From Spirochaetia bacterium (GTDB lineage Bacteria > Spirochaetota > Spirochaetia > UBA9216), in NCBI GenBank assembly GCA_965140585.1, contig OZ223269.1, positions 896,001 to 960,000 on the forward strand: a DNA stretch of 64,000 nt, read 5' to 3'. Made by a program: the position numbers and the translations under genes. The number at the start of each line of letters is the position of its first letter. Positions within the stretch are counted from its first letter, which is position 1. This document shows, one piece after another, positions 42,853 to 52,286 of this stretch. Under the pieces are notes generated by a model. It was not told the DNA's origin. It saw nothing but the letters and a program-made list of their open reading frames with translations, and did no database searches.

Positions 42853-43512
42853 TTAACTAACAATAACTTTATACAGACATAATGAAATCGGCAAACTAAA
42901 AGCCAAAAAACCACTGATTGTATGACCCCGTGCTGACCATTTTGCAGAATTAGTAACAAACGTAACTATTGAATATGTGACTCCAAGAGGAAATGTAGAA
43001 ATTATAAAAATTACAGGATGATCACTTTGGATAGAAAACTGAGGTGCGATATGCCAAAGAGTAAAAAATATTGACGGAATAAATACAGACCACAATATAC
43101 TTTTAGGAAATACTTTAATATAAAGTCCTCTCCAAAATAATTCCTCACAATATCCATGAATTATTGAGAGTGGGATAGCAAGAATTATTATAGCTGGAAT
43201 CATTGATGGTAGCTTCGGAATGAAGTACATAAATATCGGTACCAATATTGTGGATGCAAATAATATTAAAATCCACCAATTCTTCTTCCTGAAAAGAGGT
43301 CTTTCATTTCTGAAAAAGCTGAAAAATGATCTCTTCGATGTATAAAGCGGAATTAATATGCACCATATTATGTAATAAAATGCAAAGCCTAATAGATAAC
43401 CCCAATACTTTCCCAGGGATTTAGTTGCAACATAGAAAACAAACGATGTAGTTAAGATCAAAAGAATGGGGAGTATTATAAAGAGTCCTTTTTTCGTTAG
43501 CATAGAAAACAT
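42853..43512 (-). CDS. CPBP/Abi (CAAX-type) intramembrane metalloprotease
   Basis: EELFWRG, FTLWH, H motif; multi-pass membrane. Confidence 0.82.
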   Translation of the reverse strand: MFSMLTKKGLFIILPILLILTTSFVFYVATKSLGKYWGYLLGFAFYYIIWCILIPLYTSKRSFFSFFRNERPLFRKKNWWILILFASTILVPIFMYFIPKLPSMIPAIIILAIPLSIIHGYCEELFWRGLYIKVFPKSILWSVFIPSIFFTLWHIAPQFSIQSDHPVIFIISTFPLGVTYSIVTFVTNSAKWSARGHTISGFLAFSLPISLCLYKVIVS

Positions 43513-43661
43513 TATTTAGCTCTCCAATCTGCTATAGATAGCATATTCTTTTTATTCATATAAATTATTTTGCGTTTATTTCCAATAATGTTTCAGAAAT
43601 ATGCGAAATGCGGCAACTTCGCATTTGCCGAAGGCCGGCCCATTGGGTGCAGTGCATATTT

Positions 43662-44453
43662 CTAGTTAATTGTGTCATATGGTACAGGTTGAGTACCATC
43701 GATATCTTCAAAACCATATTCCTTAGCCAATTCAGCAGTTACTAATATTTGTCCAGTTTTTGATATTGGTTTTACATCAGAAGCCAAGTGTGAAATTGCC
43801 CTCCCGACGAACTGAGAGGATTCTTTTTTGGGATTGGGCTTCTTCTTGTTATCGTCAATGTAACCGGGATATAATGAAACACAAGTAATGTTATATGGTT
43901 TTAGTTCGACTGCCATATCCATAGACATTTTATCAACTGCTGCCTTTGCAGTACCGTAAATTACATTTCCGTAGTATTTAAGACTGGCATAAAACGAAAT
44001 ATTTACTATTAATCCTTGCTTTTGCTCAATCATCATTTCTGTGGCAAAAACACTTGAAACAAAATTTGAACGAACACCAACATGGTTCATTTCATCCCAC
44101 AACTCTATAGGTTGTTTCCAAAAAACTTCTTTCCACTTAAAGCCTTTATATTTAGTTCTGTTACGTAACCGATTATAACCACCCCAAGCATTGTTAACCA
44201 ATATATCCAGCTTTCCTTCTTTTTCTTTAATAATTTCAAATACTTTTTTTACTTCCTCATCTATCTCATGATTACATGCTAATGCAATACCTTTTCCGCC
44301 AGCAGCAGTAATACCCTTTACATCTTTGTCGGTTATACTTCTGCCTGTTACATAGACAGTTGCTCCTGCTTCACCTAAACCGATTGCGATTCCTTTGCCA
44401 ACGTTACGGGTTCCGCCTGTTACAAGCGCAACTTTCCCTTTAAGATTTTTCAT
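43662..44453 (-). CDS. SDR oxidoreductase (DHRS1-like)
   Basis: TGGTRNVGKG, LVNNA, YGTAK. Confidence 0.9.
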   Translation of the reverse strand: MKNLKGKVALVTGGTRNVGKGIAIGLGEAGATVYVTGRSITDKDVKGITAAGGKGIALACNHEIDEEVKKVFEIIKEKEGKLDILVNNAWGGYNRLRNRTKYKGFKWKEVFWKQPIELWDEMNHVGVRSNFVSSVFATEMMIEQKQGLIVNISFYASLKYYGNVIYGTAKAAVDKMSMDMAVELKPYNITCVSLYPGYIDDNKKKPNPKKESSQFVGRAISHLASDVKPISKTGQILVTAELAKEYGFEDIDGTQPVPYDTIN

Positions 44454-44537
44454 TTTGTCTCCTGATTACCAATTTTAGATATTATTTTAGTTAAATTTGT
44501 GGTTGTTTTCTTGACCTATATTGCTATTTTTGTGTAT

Positions 44538-44783
44538 TTAACCAAAATATATTGCACAGCCATAGTTATTTATCTTTCTTATGTTGTGAACTAAGCAATA
44601 TAATAGCCATTGCGTATTTACCTTCTTTTTACTCCGTAATGTGAAATGATTTAATTATAATACTCCACTTAAATGACCAAATATGGATTCAACTGTCCCC
44701 ATCCTCTTACTATAAATGCTCCAGCCTTCTACAGTATCAAATCGTTTTTTTATTTTTGATGTAAACGACTCTTTGCTCCTAGG
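44538..44783 (-). pseudogene. IS1182-family transposase C-terminal remnant (not in ORF track)
   Basis: Manual translation RFDTVEGWSIYSKRMGTVESIFGHLSGVL*LNHFTLRSKKKVNTQWLLYCLVHNIRKI, with one internal stop. Confidence 0.75.
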
Positions 44784-44833
44784 ATGTGCAAAGCTGTTAT
44801 ATCATTCTTGTCGATACACTCAATATTTTTTTA

Positions 44834-45049
44834 TTATCCCCAAAAACAACAATACTCATCCTTCTCAACTATTTCTATAAATTCTTCAAGTTTATCTACA
44901 ATTGGAGCAGTTTCGTATATATGCCATTTTAGATCACTTCTCATCCATAATATTTTCCATTTTTTCTTAGTAGCTACATATGTTGTTTTGGCTATATCAT
45001 GATTGTGAATTATATCTCTATTATCCCATTGCGGCCTAATCTCAAATGC
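44834..45049 (-). pseudogene. DUF3024 family protein, 5'-truncated (not in ORF track)
   Basis: Manual translation FEIRPQWD...IAKTTYV...WKILWMRSDLKWHIYE...EKDEYCCFWG*; no start codon. Confidence 0.7.
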
Positions 45050-45535
45050 ATTGGCCTATTCCATGGAGATGAGAATAAAGATATTGATACTTATTATAAA
45101 AATCAAACATCAGGAGCAAGCAATATTGTTGAGCAAGCTGATAATAGCAAATGGATAGAGCATTATGAAGAATATGAAAGGGAAATTGCAGCTCTTGAAT
45201 CTTTGCCTATTATTATAAACCTGAATCCGTATCAATCAAGGGGAAAATAAAAATTATTTCTTTGATATACAGAGAATAAGCATATTTTCATACGTTCACC
45301 TATTGGGTGAAACCCAATATCATGGATATTTCCATATAAAACAATGAATTAGCATTTGTCCTTTTGGCTTTTTATACGGATTCAGGTGAAAATAGAATAT
45401 GCTACTTAGAGGATAAATTTACTGGATTCTTATAGGATTATTTGAATCTTGTCAAAAAAATCTAAAATAAAATAAATTAATAGAAAAAAAAATTTAAAAA
45501 AGAGTAAAAGTAAAATTGATAAAAATAGAAATGGT

Positions 45536-45670
45536 ATTTAACAAATCGCTGAAACTGACCAAATCTTTGTCATGCTTTTTGCCTTCGGCCGTTCAGTCAC
45601 TGATCGTTCTTTCACTCAAAAAGCACGCCAACCCTTCGGGACGATTTGGCAGCTTAGCTCGGCGTTAAAT
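45536..45670 (+). repeat. attC 14 (divergent family)
   Basis: ATTTAAC...GCCAACCCTTCGGGAC...GGCGTTAAAT. Confidence 0.88.
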
Positions 45671-45788
45671 ACACGATGTTTTTCCGTTTAGGGAAATCCT
45701 TGGGTGTGATAGGATTGATTAAGAAAAATAAGATGAATTTCCATAGGTGCGCTGCCAACATCATTAGTTGAAAGCCATTATAAGTGGA

Positions 45789-45810
45789 AAATAGCCATCC
45801 ATGGCTATTT
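45789..45810 (+). other. Hairpin with ATCCAT loop upstream of the TA module
   Basis: AAATAGCC ATCCAT GGCTATTT. Confidence 0.6.
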
Positions 45811-45821
45811 GAAGAAAATAC

Positions 45822-45857
45822 TTGAAATAAGTTAGCATGCATGCTAACTTATATTGT
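45822..45857 (+). promoter_or_regulatory. TA promoter overlapped by a 26-bp perfect palindrome (operator)
   Basis: TTGAAA-17bp-TAACTT; ATAAGTTAGCATGCATGCTAACTTAT at 45827-45852. Confidence 0.65.
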
Positions 45858-46220
45858 ATGAAACGAGAAATTATCTTCTATGAAAAAGAAAATGGAAGAT
45901 GTCCAGTTGAAGAATTTTTAGATGATCTTGAGATAAATATTGTTAAAAAGATTACATGGACTCTAAAAATTATTGAAGAGATAGATATAGTTCCAAAGAC
46001 TTATTTCAAAAAATTAGAATCAACAGAAGAAATTTGGGAAGTAAGAATAAAATTCGCTTCAAATATATATAGAATATTTAGTTTCTGGGATAAAAATAAC
46101 ATAATTGTGTTAACGCATGGATTAATAAAGAAAACTCAAAAAACCCCTGCAAAAGAGATAAAACAAGCAGAAGAATATAGACGAGATTATCTGAGGAGGA
46201 AGAATAATGAACTTAGATGA
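45858..46220 (+). CDS. Cassette 15: RelE/HigB-like (DUF891/Gp49) toxin
   Basis: FYEKENGRCPVEEFL...IWEVRI...YRIF...HGLIKKTQKTP.KEI. Confidence 0.85.
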   Translation: MKREIIFYEKENGRCPVEEFLDDLEINIVKKITWTLKIIEEIDIVPKTYFKKLESTEEIWEVRIKFASNIYRIFSFWDKNNIIVLTHGLIKKTQKTPAKEIKQAEEYRRDYLRRKNNELR

Positions 46221-46479
46221 ATATGTTGATAAAAGAATAAAAAAAGAAGGAATTAAAGAAGAAGAATTCTGGGAAGGGTATGAGGAATTCAAGATCGGTG
46301 TATTTCTAAGAGAAGCAAGAGAGAAAAATGGATTAACCCAGGAAGAATTAGCTAGAATGATACATACTACAAAGAGTGTAATATCAAGAATGGAAAATCA
46401 TTCAGAGGATATAAAATTATCAACAATTGAAAAAGTCGCAAAGGCTTTAGGAAAGGAAGTGAAAATAGCGATAGTATAA
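46207..46479 (+). CDS. Cassette 15: XRE-HTH (HigA-like) antitoxin
   Basis: LREAREKNGLTQEELA...ISRMEN. Confidence 0.85.
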   Translation: MNLDEYVDKRIKKEGIKEEEFWEGYEEFKIGVFLREAREKNGLTQEELARMIHTTKSVISRMENHSEDIKLSTIEKVAKALGKEVKIAIV

Positions 46480-46482
46480 AAT

Positions 46483-46506
46483 TCCAAAGACATCCTTGTC
46501 TTTGGA
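46483..46506 (+). other. Hairpin with ATCCTT loop directly after the antitoxin stop
   Basis: TCCAAAGAC ATCCTT GTCTTTGGA. Confidence 0.6.
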
Positions 46507-46589
46507 CATATAACATAAACTTTCAGCTATGAAGAAAATAAGAAGAAAAAAATATTTTGATTTTTCTGAAATGAATGAAAAACATCGGT

Positions 46590-46728
46590 ATTTAACAAGA
46601 GATTTGGAGTAGTCAAAATTTATTGTCACGATTCTGGCTAAAGACGTTCGGCCAATGGGCCTCACTCCAGAATCGCGCCAATTCCGCGAAGACGCGGAAC
46701 AATTTTGCTACTCAAATCGTCGTTATAT
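46590..46728 (+). repeat. attC 15
   Basis: ATTTAAC...GTTATAT. Confidence 0.93.
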
Positions 46729-47159
46729 TCAATAAAGGTAACGGCCGGTAACTTGGTCAACACATTTCTAATAGATTAGTGTACAGCAGCGATTTATTAA
46801 GAAAAAGAGATTAGATTAGCTCCTGATTAAAATAATACGCCTAAAAGAGTTATAAGATTAAAGGAACTTATTGATTTTCCATTTCATTACAAATCAATAA
46901 GTCTTTATATTCTAATGACTTAGCTAACAATTGTCTATTTAAAGATGCGAATGATAGAATTATTTATAAAATATAGTTCCCAGGGGCTGAAAACAGCCTT
47001 AAAATGGTAAAATACAGAAAATTGTGTACACGTAGTTATTAGAAATTTGTATACAAAGCTCGGTCTGAACATAAATTGTGTTTTAATTAAATATTTGTAG
47101 GAGAAGTTGCTAATTTAATGGTATAAGTAAATAATATTATAAAATTAAGGATTTAAGAA

Positions 47160-47873
47160 ATGAATGAAGTTGCAAAAATTATTTTAAAAAACAAAAATAT
47201 TTTATTGATTTTAATCTCAATTATTCTATTGGTGATTTTAAATTCTCTTAAAGATGTATTTTTTAGTGGTGAATTTTATGAAAGAACTAATAGATACATC
47301 AGCTGGATACTGGATCTCTTAATTATAATACAAAAAATTAAGTTGATTAAACATATATATAAAGATTTGATAGATGAAAATTATAGAGCTAATTTGAATA
47401 TCAAGAGGGCTATAATAAATTACATAAGTTCAAATTTGGCAATTGCAATACAAATGTTTCCATTTATTATAGGGTTTGTAGTAATCGAGTTGTTTAAAAG
47501 AAACTCTATTATTAATTTTAGTAATGAAAAAAATGATTTAATTTTTTTAATTGTTACGACTCCATACCTATATTTATTTATCTTTACTTTAGTGATAGCG
47601 TCAGTTGAAGATATAGGATGGTTTCCTAATACAAAAAGTTCATTCATGTTTATTAGAGAAAATAATGGTGAACTGTATAAATTGATAATTATATATTTGT
47701 TTCCACAAGTAATATTATATATATCAAATGCTTTTCTTCCTTTAGATAATCAAGAATATATTTTATATAAATCTTTAATTGAAGTTGTTAAGATATTAAT
47801 TTTCCCGGCATTATGTTATAAATATTTTGTAATTAATTTTAAGAATAAAAAACTTTTAATCAATAATATGTGA
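47160..47873 (+). CDS. Cassette 16: membrane protein identical to 26417-27130
   Basis: Identical translation. Confidence 0.72.
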   Translation: MNEVAKIILKNKNILLILISIILLVILNSLKDVFFSGEFYERTNRYISWILDLLIIIQKIKLIKHIYKDLIDENYRANLNIKRAIINYISSNLAIAIQMFPFIIGFVVIELFKRNSIINFSNEKNDLIFLIVTTPYLYLFIFTLVIASVEDIGWFPNTKSSFMFIRENNGELYKLIIIYLFPQVILYISNAFLPLDNQEYILYKSLIEVVKILIFPALCYKYFVINFKNKKLLINNM

Positions 47874-47888
47874 TATTAATAAAATTGA

Positions 47889-48027
47889 ATATAACAAGAG
47901 ATTTGGAGTAGTCAAAACCTTTGTCACAGTTCTGGCTAAAGACACTCCGCGCTGATCGCGCTGCGTTCCAGAACTGCGCCAAGCCTCGAAGACTCGGCCG
48001 GTTTCGCTACTCAAATCGTCGTTATAT
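47889..48027 (+). repeat. attC 16
   Basis: Same sequence as attC 4. Confidence 0.93.
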
Positions 48028-48116
48028 ACATAAGAGATTTTTATTGAAAATGAGCTTAAATAAGCTTGAAAAAACTTGTAGGATATGGTGAACAATCTAT
48101 TTAAAAAGGGGATTTA

Positions 48117-49313
48117 ATGAAAAGAATTATATTTTCTATTTTAATGACTTTTCTTGCAATCGGTTCTGTCTATTGTGATCCAATAGAAGACGTAATTGAG
48201 CAATCAAGACAATTGGTTGAAGGAAGACAATATAAGTCTGCAATGGATTTATTATACTCTATTGATAGAAATAATAGTAATAAAATTATTGTAATTGAGA
48301 AATCTAAGATATTTAGAAATTATTTTGCACAGAGTATAAATCATAAGATGTTTGGATTAAAAGATTTAGAAGAGAATGAGAATTTATATGATTTAAGAGA
48401 AAAAGGCGGGAAATTCTCATTATTTTTATTTGATGGAATAGAAATTTTAAAAACATTTTTAGAAAATGAAAATGGTGAAATATCGAATGAAATAGGGTTG
48501 TATTACAACTCGATATATTCTGGATATAGAGATAGCTCTAATGATCATTATGGAAATGTTAATGCATTAAGATATGAATATTTAGATGCTGCATATAGAA
48601 AATATCAATACTATGATCCAATTTCATGGGAAATTCTTGGAAAATATTATTATTCTAATAACAAAATTACCGATGCATTTACAATATTTAATAAGCTAGT
48701 AGAAAATGATCCAGCCAATCCAGAATATAATTTTACATATGGATTAATGCTTTTTAATAATAGAAATTATAATGAAGCAATTCCGTTTGTCGAAAAGGCA
48801 ATTGAGAATTATAAAAGAAGTGACTATAAATATGATGCAATAAGTATGCTTGGATCAATTTATTATAAAATAGATGATATCATAAACGCATTAGAGAATT
48901 TTGAACAAGTTATGGAATCAAATCCATATGATTATAGAATTTATGATAGATATGTTGATTGCTTAATAAGAAATGATGAAATAGAGAAAGCAATAGAATT
49001 TAGTTATAACGCTTTATTAATAGAACCTGATAATAGTTATATTGCCAATGCTTTGTTACCTGTATATGTAAGTAATAATGAATTGAAAGTTTTTCATGAA
49101 ATCCTAGAAAAATGTCTTAATGAAATTAATGGAAATACCTTAGCAGAAGCAAATTTTTATTTTCAAATAGCTAATGTTATGATTCAAGAAAGAGCTTCGC
49201 AGATAGAAATTAATACAAGCTTAGAAAATGCTAGAGAAAGATATGTAAAAGGAACAAATGGGGAACATCCAGCGATTGAAGCTATTAATAACTATTTAGA
49301 GAATAATGAATGA
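48117..49313 (+). CDS. Cassette 17: secreted TPR-repeat protein
   Basis: Signal peptide; TPR-like units (LGKYYY...A...F..L...DPAN; YG...A...EKAI). Confidence 0.78.
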   Translation: MKRIIFSILMTFLAIGSVYCDPIEDVIEQSRQLVEGRQYKSAMDLLYSIDRNNSNKIIVIEKSKIFRNYFAQSINHKMFGLKDLEENENLYDLREKGGKFSLFLFDGIEILKTFLENENGEISNEIGLYYNSIYSGYRDSSNDHYGNVNALRYEYLDAAYRKYQYYDPISWEILGKYYYSNNKITDAFTIFNKLVENDPANPEYNFTYGLMLFNNRNYNEAIPFVEKAIENYKRSDYKYDAISMLGSIYYKIDDIINALENFEQVMESNPYDYRIYDRYVDCLIRNDEIEKAIEFSYNALLIEPDNSYIANALLPVYVSNNELKVFHEILEKCLNEINGNTLAEANFYFQIANVMIQERASQIEINTSLENARERYVKGTNGEHPAIEAINNYLENNE

Positions 49314-49322
49314 AATATTATT

Positions 49323-49461
49323 ATATAACATGAGATTTGGAGTAGTCAAAATTTATTGTCACGATTCTGGCTAAAGACGTTCGGGCAATGGCCCTCACTC
49401 CAGAATCGCGCCAATTCCGCGAAGACGCGGATCAATTTTGCTACTCAAATCGTCGTTCTAC
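49323..49461 (+). repeat. attC 17
   Basis: ATATAAC...GTTCTAC. Confidence 0.93.
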
Positions 49462-49605
49462 GGCCAATTATAGAGGCTTCACAGTAGGTACTGAAATAAT
49501 AAAGAATATTGCATCAAATGAACCTAAATAATTAATGACACTACTATTAGCATAATCCATTAAAAAAGTATTGACAAAAGGCACACATAGACTTAAATTT
49601 ACATT

Positions 49606-49899
49606 ATGACTTTCAATTGGAATGACGAAAAGAATGAACTTTTGAAAAATACAAGAAAGATCTCATTTGAGGAGATAGTTCTCTGTATTTCCGAAGGAAA
49701 GATCGTAAAAGTTCTTAAACATCCTAATAGTAATAAATATGGCAATCAAAAATTATATTTGATTGAATATAAGAATTATATTTATGTCGTTCCATTTGTG
49801 ATAAATGAAAAAGATAATGAGATTTTCTTGAAAACAATATTTCCAAGTAGGGAATATACAAAAAAATATCTTTCTAACGGAGGGAATAATGAAAAATAA
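49606..49899 (+). CDS. Cassette 18: BrnT-like toxin
   Basis: FNWNDEKNELLK..RKISFEE...HP...FLKTIFPSR; TTGACA-17bp-TAAATT promoter at 49571. Confidence 0.8.
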   Translation: MTFNWNDEKNELLKNTRKISFEEIVLCISEGKIVKVLKHPNSNKYGNQKLYLIEYKNYIYVVPFVINEKDNEIFLKTIFPSREYTKKYLSNGGNNEK

Positions 49900-50191
49900 T
49901 AGAGTAATCACTCCAATTGATAATGATGAATTAGAATTAATAGAATCAATTAATAATGATGAATGGTTAGAATCTGAAGAAGAAGAAAAATATATTGTCC
50001 AGGCTAAAGAATATGCAGAAGCTACTATTAAAAAAGATAAACGAATGAATATAAGAATCTCTGAAAGAGATCTAAAGAATTTAAAAGTTAGAGCTTTAGA
50101 AGAAGGTTTGCCTTATCAGACATTGGTTTCTATGATACTTCATAAATATGTATCTGGGAAATTAATAGAAAAATCCAGTAATTATAATTAG
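49889..50191 (+). CDS. Cassette 18: CopG/BrnA-like RHH antitoxin
   Basis: KDKRMNIRISERDL...ALEEGLPYQTLV.MILHKYV. Confidence 0.82.
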   Translation: MKNNRVITPIDNDELELIESINNDEWLESEEEEKYIVQAKEYAEATIKKDKRMNIRISERDLKNLKVRALEEGLPYQTLVSMILHKYVSGKLIEKSSNYN

Positions 50192-50193
50192 AC

Positions 50194-50332
50194 GTAGAAC
50201 AAACGGTTGCAACTGTCTTGGCTATTGTCAAGGTTCTGGCTTAGACGTTCCGCGCTGAACGCGCTGCACTCCAGAACCTCGCCAATGCGCGTGAAGACAC
50301 GCGCCGCCAAGCAGCTGAACCGGGCGTTATGT
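50194..50332 (+). repeat. attC 18 (family of attC 2)
   Basis: GTAGAAC...GTTATGT. Confidence 0.9.
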
Positions 50333-50395
50333 ACACATGACAAAATAGATAAAAACCACGAAATAATTGACTAATACCATCTCGTATGATAATAT

Positions 50396-51010
50396 ATGGT
50401 CATGAAGAAGATTTATAACGAAAATAGTGACTTTCTGAGTGTAATAGGTACAACTGTATATCATGGGATGCTCACTGCTGATAGTGAAATCCAAAGTAAA
50501 GAATATTTAAAATATTGTTACGGTCGCAATCACGTTAGTAATATTAGAAGAGCAGTTGTAGAATATGAATTATTGAAATTAGGTAGTATTGGGGAAAATG
50601 CAATTCTATCGAAGGAAGAATATACAAAGAAGCAAACATCATTCTTTTTAAAGATGAATTTCAATGATGAACTAATACTTACTACATTTAGATTAAGAAA
50701 TAGGGGAGATTTCCCTAAGAAAGCGAATTACCGTGGTAATTATGCTGAAAACAATCAAATTTCTTTATTCCCTGAATATGAAGAAAAGGATTTAGTATTA
50801 CAAGATCAATCTTATGGAATAATTTGTTTTGGAAAAGATGCCGAAGGTATTTTTTCTTTTATTGGGTATCCTGATGAGAATAATAAAGAATGGATACAAG
50901 TTACAAATCTGGAAGATTATTTTAATATCAATGTTGAACCTGAAGTTTTTGTAGATGAAGTACAGCCGAAATTAAAGATAAGCCAGGAAGTAAAAGATGG
51001 AGTCATTTAG
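50396..51010 (+). CDS. Cassette 19: hypothetical protein, partner of the XRE-peptidase
   Basis: 204 aa; overlaps the next gene; TTGACT...TGATAAT promoter-like sequence upstream. Confidence 0.68.
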   Translation: MVMKKIYNENSDFLSVIGTTVYHGMLTADSEIQSKEYLKYCYGRNHVSNIRRAVVEYELLKLGSIGENAILSKEEYTKKQTSFFLKMNFNDELILTTFRLRNRGDFPKKANYRGNYAENNQISLFPEYEEKDLVLQDQSYGIICFGKDAEGIFSFIGYPDENNKEWIQVTNLEDYFNINVEPEVFVDEVQPKLKISQEVKDGVI

Positions 51011-52136
51011 AGGAGATTTTATTGGTGAACGATTAAGAGAAGCAAGAGAATTCAATGAATTATCACAAACCAAATTAGCTCAATTAATTGGTGTACAACG
51101 TCAGACAATCTCTGCAATTGAGAAAGATGTACAAAATCCCAATGCTGAGAATACTATTAAGATATCTAATGCTTTGAAATTTCCTATTGAATATTTCTAT
51201 TACGACAATAATTATAATAATAAAATAACAGGAGTAACAACATTTCGAAGTGTTAAATCAAGCTCTAAAAGAAAAAAATTAAGAGCTGAAATATTTATAA
51301 AATGGTTATACCAGATAATTATTAATTTGAAAGAATACGTAGAATTTCCTGAATTTAATTTGGAAGGTTATGAAAATATTGATTATAAGAAATTAAAACC
51401 ACATGATATTGAAATAATAACTGATGAAATACGAAATAGATTAAATATAGGTTTTGGTCCAATTATAAATATTGTGAATTTAATTGAAAATCAAGGAGTA
51501 TTTGTTGGTGTATCAGAATTTCCCGAAAAAATTGATGCATTTTCAGCTTCATACAAGAATTTTGCAACAATGTTGTCTTCTTTTGAAAATAACAAAGCAG
51601 CCCGGAATAGATTTAATTTAGCACATGAACTAGGGCATATTGTTTTACATCGTTTAATTGATGAAGAACAATATATTGAAGATTTTAATCTGATTGAAAA
51701 ACAAGCACATAGGTTTGCTTCTTCGTTGTTATTACCTAGAAATGAATTTACAAAAGAATTCTTTTCAACTGATTTAAATAATTTGATTCGAATGAAAGAG
51801 CGATGGCATGTTTCAATAGCAGCTATTGTTGTACGTGCAAGACAATTAAATTTAATTTCAGAAGATAAAATGAGTAATGTATTTAGAAGAATGAATTATA
51901 ATGGTATTAGAAAGATTGAACCACTTGATGATAGATTAATCATAGATAGACCTACTTTGTTAAAAAAAGCTATCGAATTAATAATTGATAACGATGTATC
52001 AACTAAGGAAAAATTTATAAAGGAAGTAGGCGTACCAGGTACTTTTATTGCTCAAATAGTAGATCTTGAAGATGATTATTTTATAGAACATAATAAAATT
52101 ATTGACTTCAACTTAAAATTAAAAAATAGTACATAA
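50997..52136 (+). CDS. Cassette 19: XRE-HTH + ImmA/IrrE (M78) metallopeptidase
   Basis: RLREAR...SQTKLA HTH; RNRFNLAHELGH; EKQAHRFASSLLLP. Confidence 0.9.
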   Translation: MESFRGDFIGERLREAREFNELSQTKLAQLIGVQRQTISAIEKDVQNPNAENTIKISNALKFPIEYFYYDNNYNNKITGVTTFRSVKSSSKRKKLRAEIFIKWLYQIIINLKEYVEFPEFNLEGYENIDYKKLKPHDIEIITDEIRNRLNIGFGPIINIVNLIENQGVFVGVSEFPEKIDAFSASYKNFATMLSSFENNKAARNRFNLAHELGHIVLHRLIDEEQYIEDFNLIEKQAHRFASSLLLPRNEFTKEFFSTDLNNLIRMKERWHVSIAAIVVRARQLNLISEDKMSNVFRRMNYNGIRKIEPLDDRLIIDRPTLLKKAIELIIDNDVSTKEKFIKEVGVPGTFIAQIVDLEDDYFIEHNKIIDFNLKLKNST

Positions 52137-52269
52137 CAAGAGATTTGGAGTAGTCAAAATTTATTGTCACGATTCTGGCTAAAGACGTTCGGGCAATGGC
52201 CCTCACTCCAGAATCGCGCCAATTCCGCGAAGACGCGGAACAATTTTGCTACTCAAATCGTCGTTCTAC
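52131..52269 (+). repeat. attC 19
   Basis: ACATAAC...GTTCTAC; the gene stop lies inside R''. Confidence 0.93.
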
Positions 52270-52286
52270 GGACAAAAGGTGAGAAA

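Larger units (their letters stand above)
46722..48027 (+). repeat. Cassette 16: duplicate of cassette 4 (25979-27284)
   Basis: Same leader, ORF and attC at a constant offset of 20743 bp. Confidence 0.93.

Noticed and set aside
44784-45250. Track ORFs 44784-45002 and 44999-45250 as intact genes
   Set aside because: The first is the antisense shadow of the DUF3024 remnant. The second straddles the junction near 45050, and only its 3' part may be a gene fragment.
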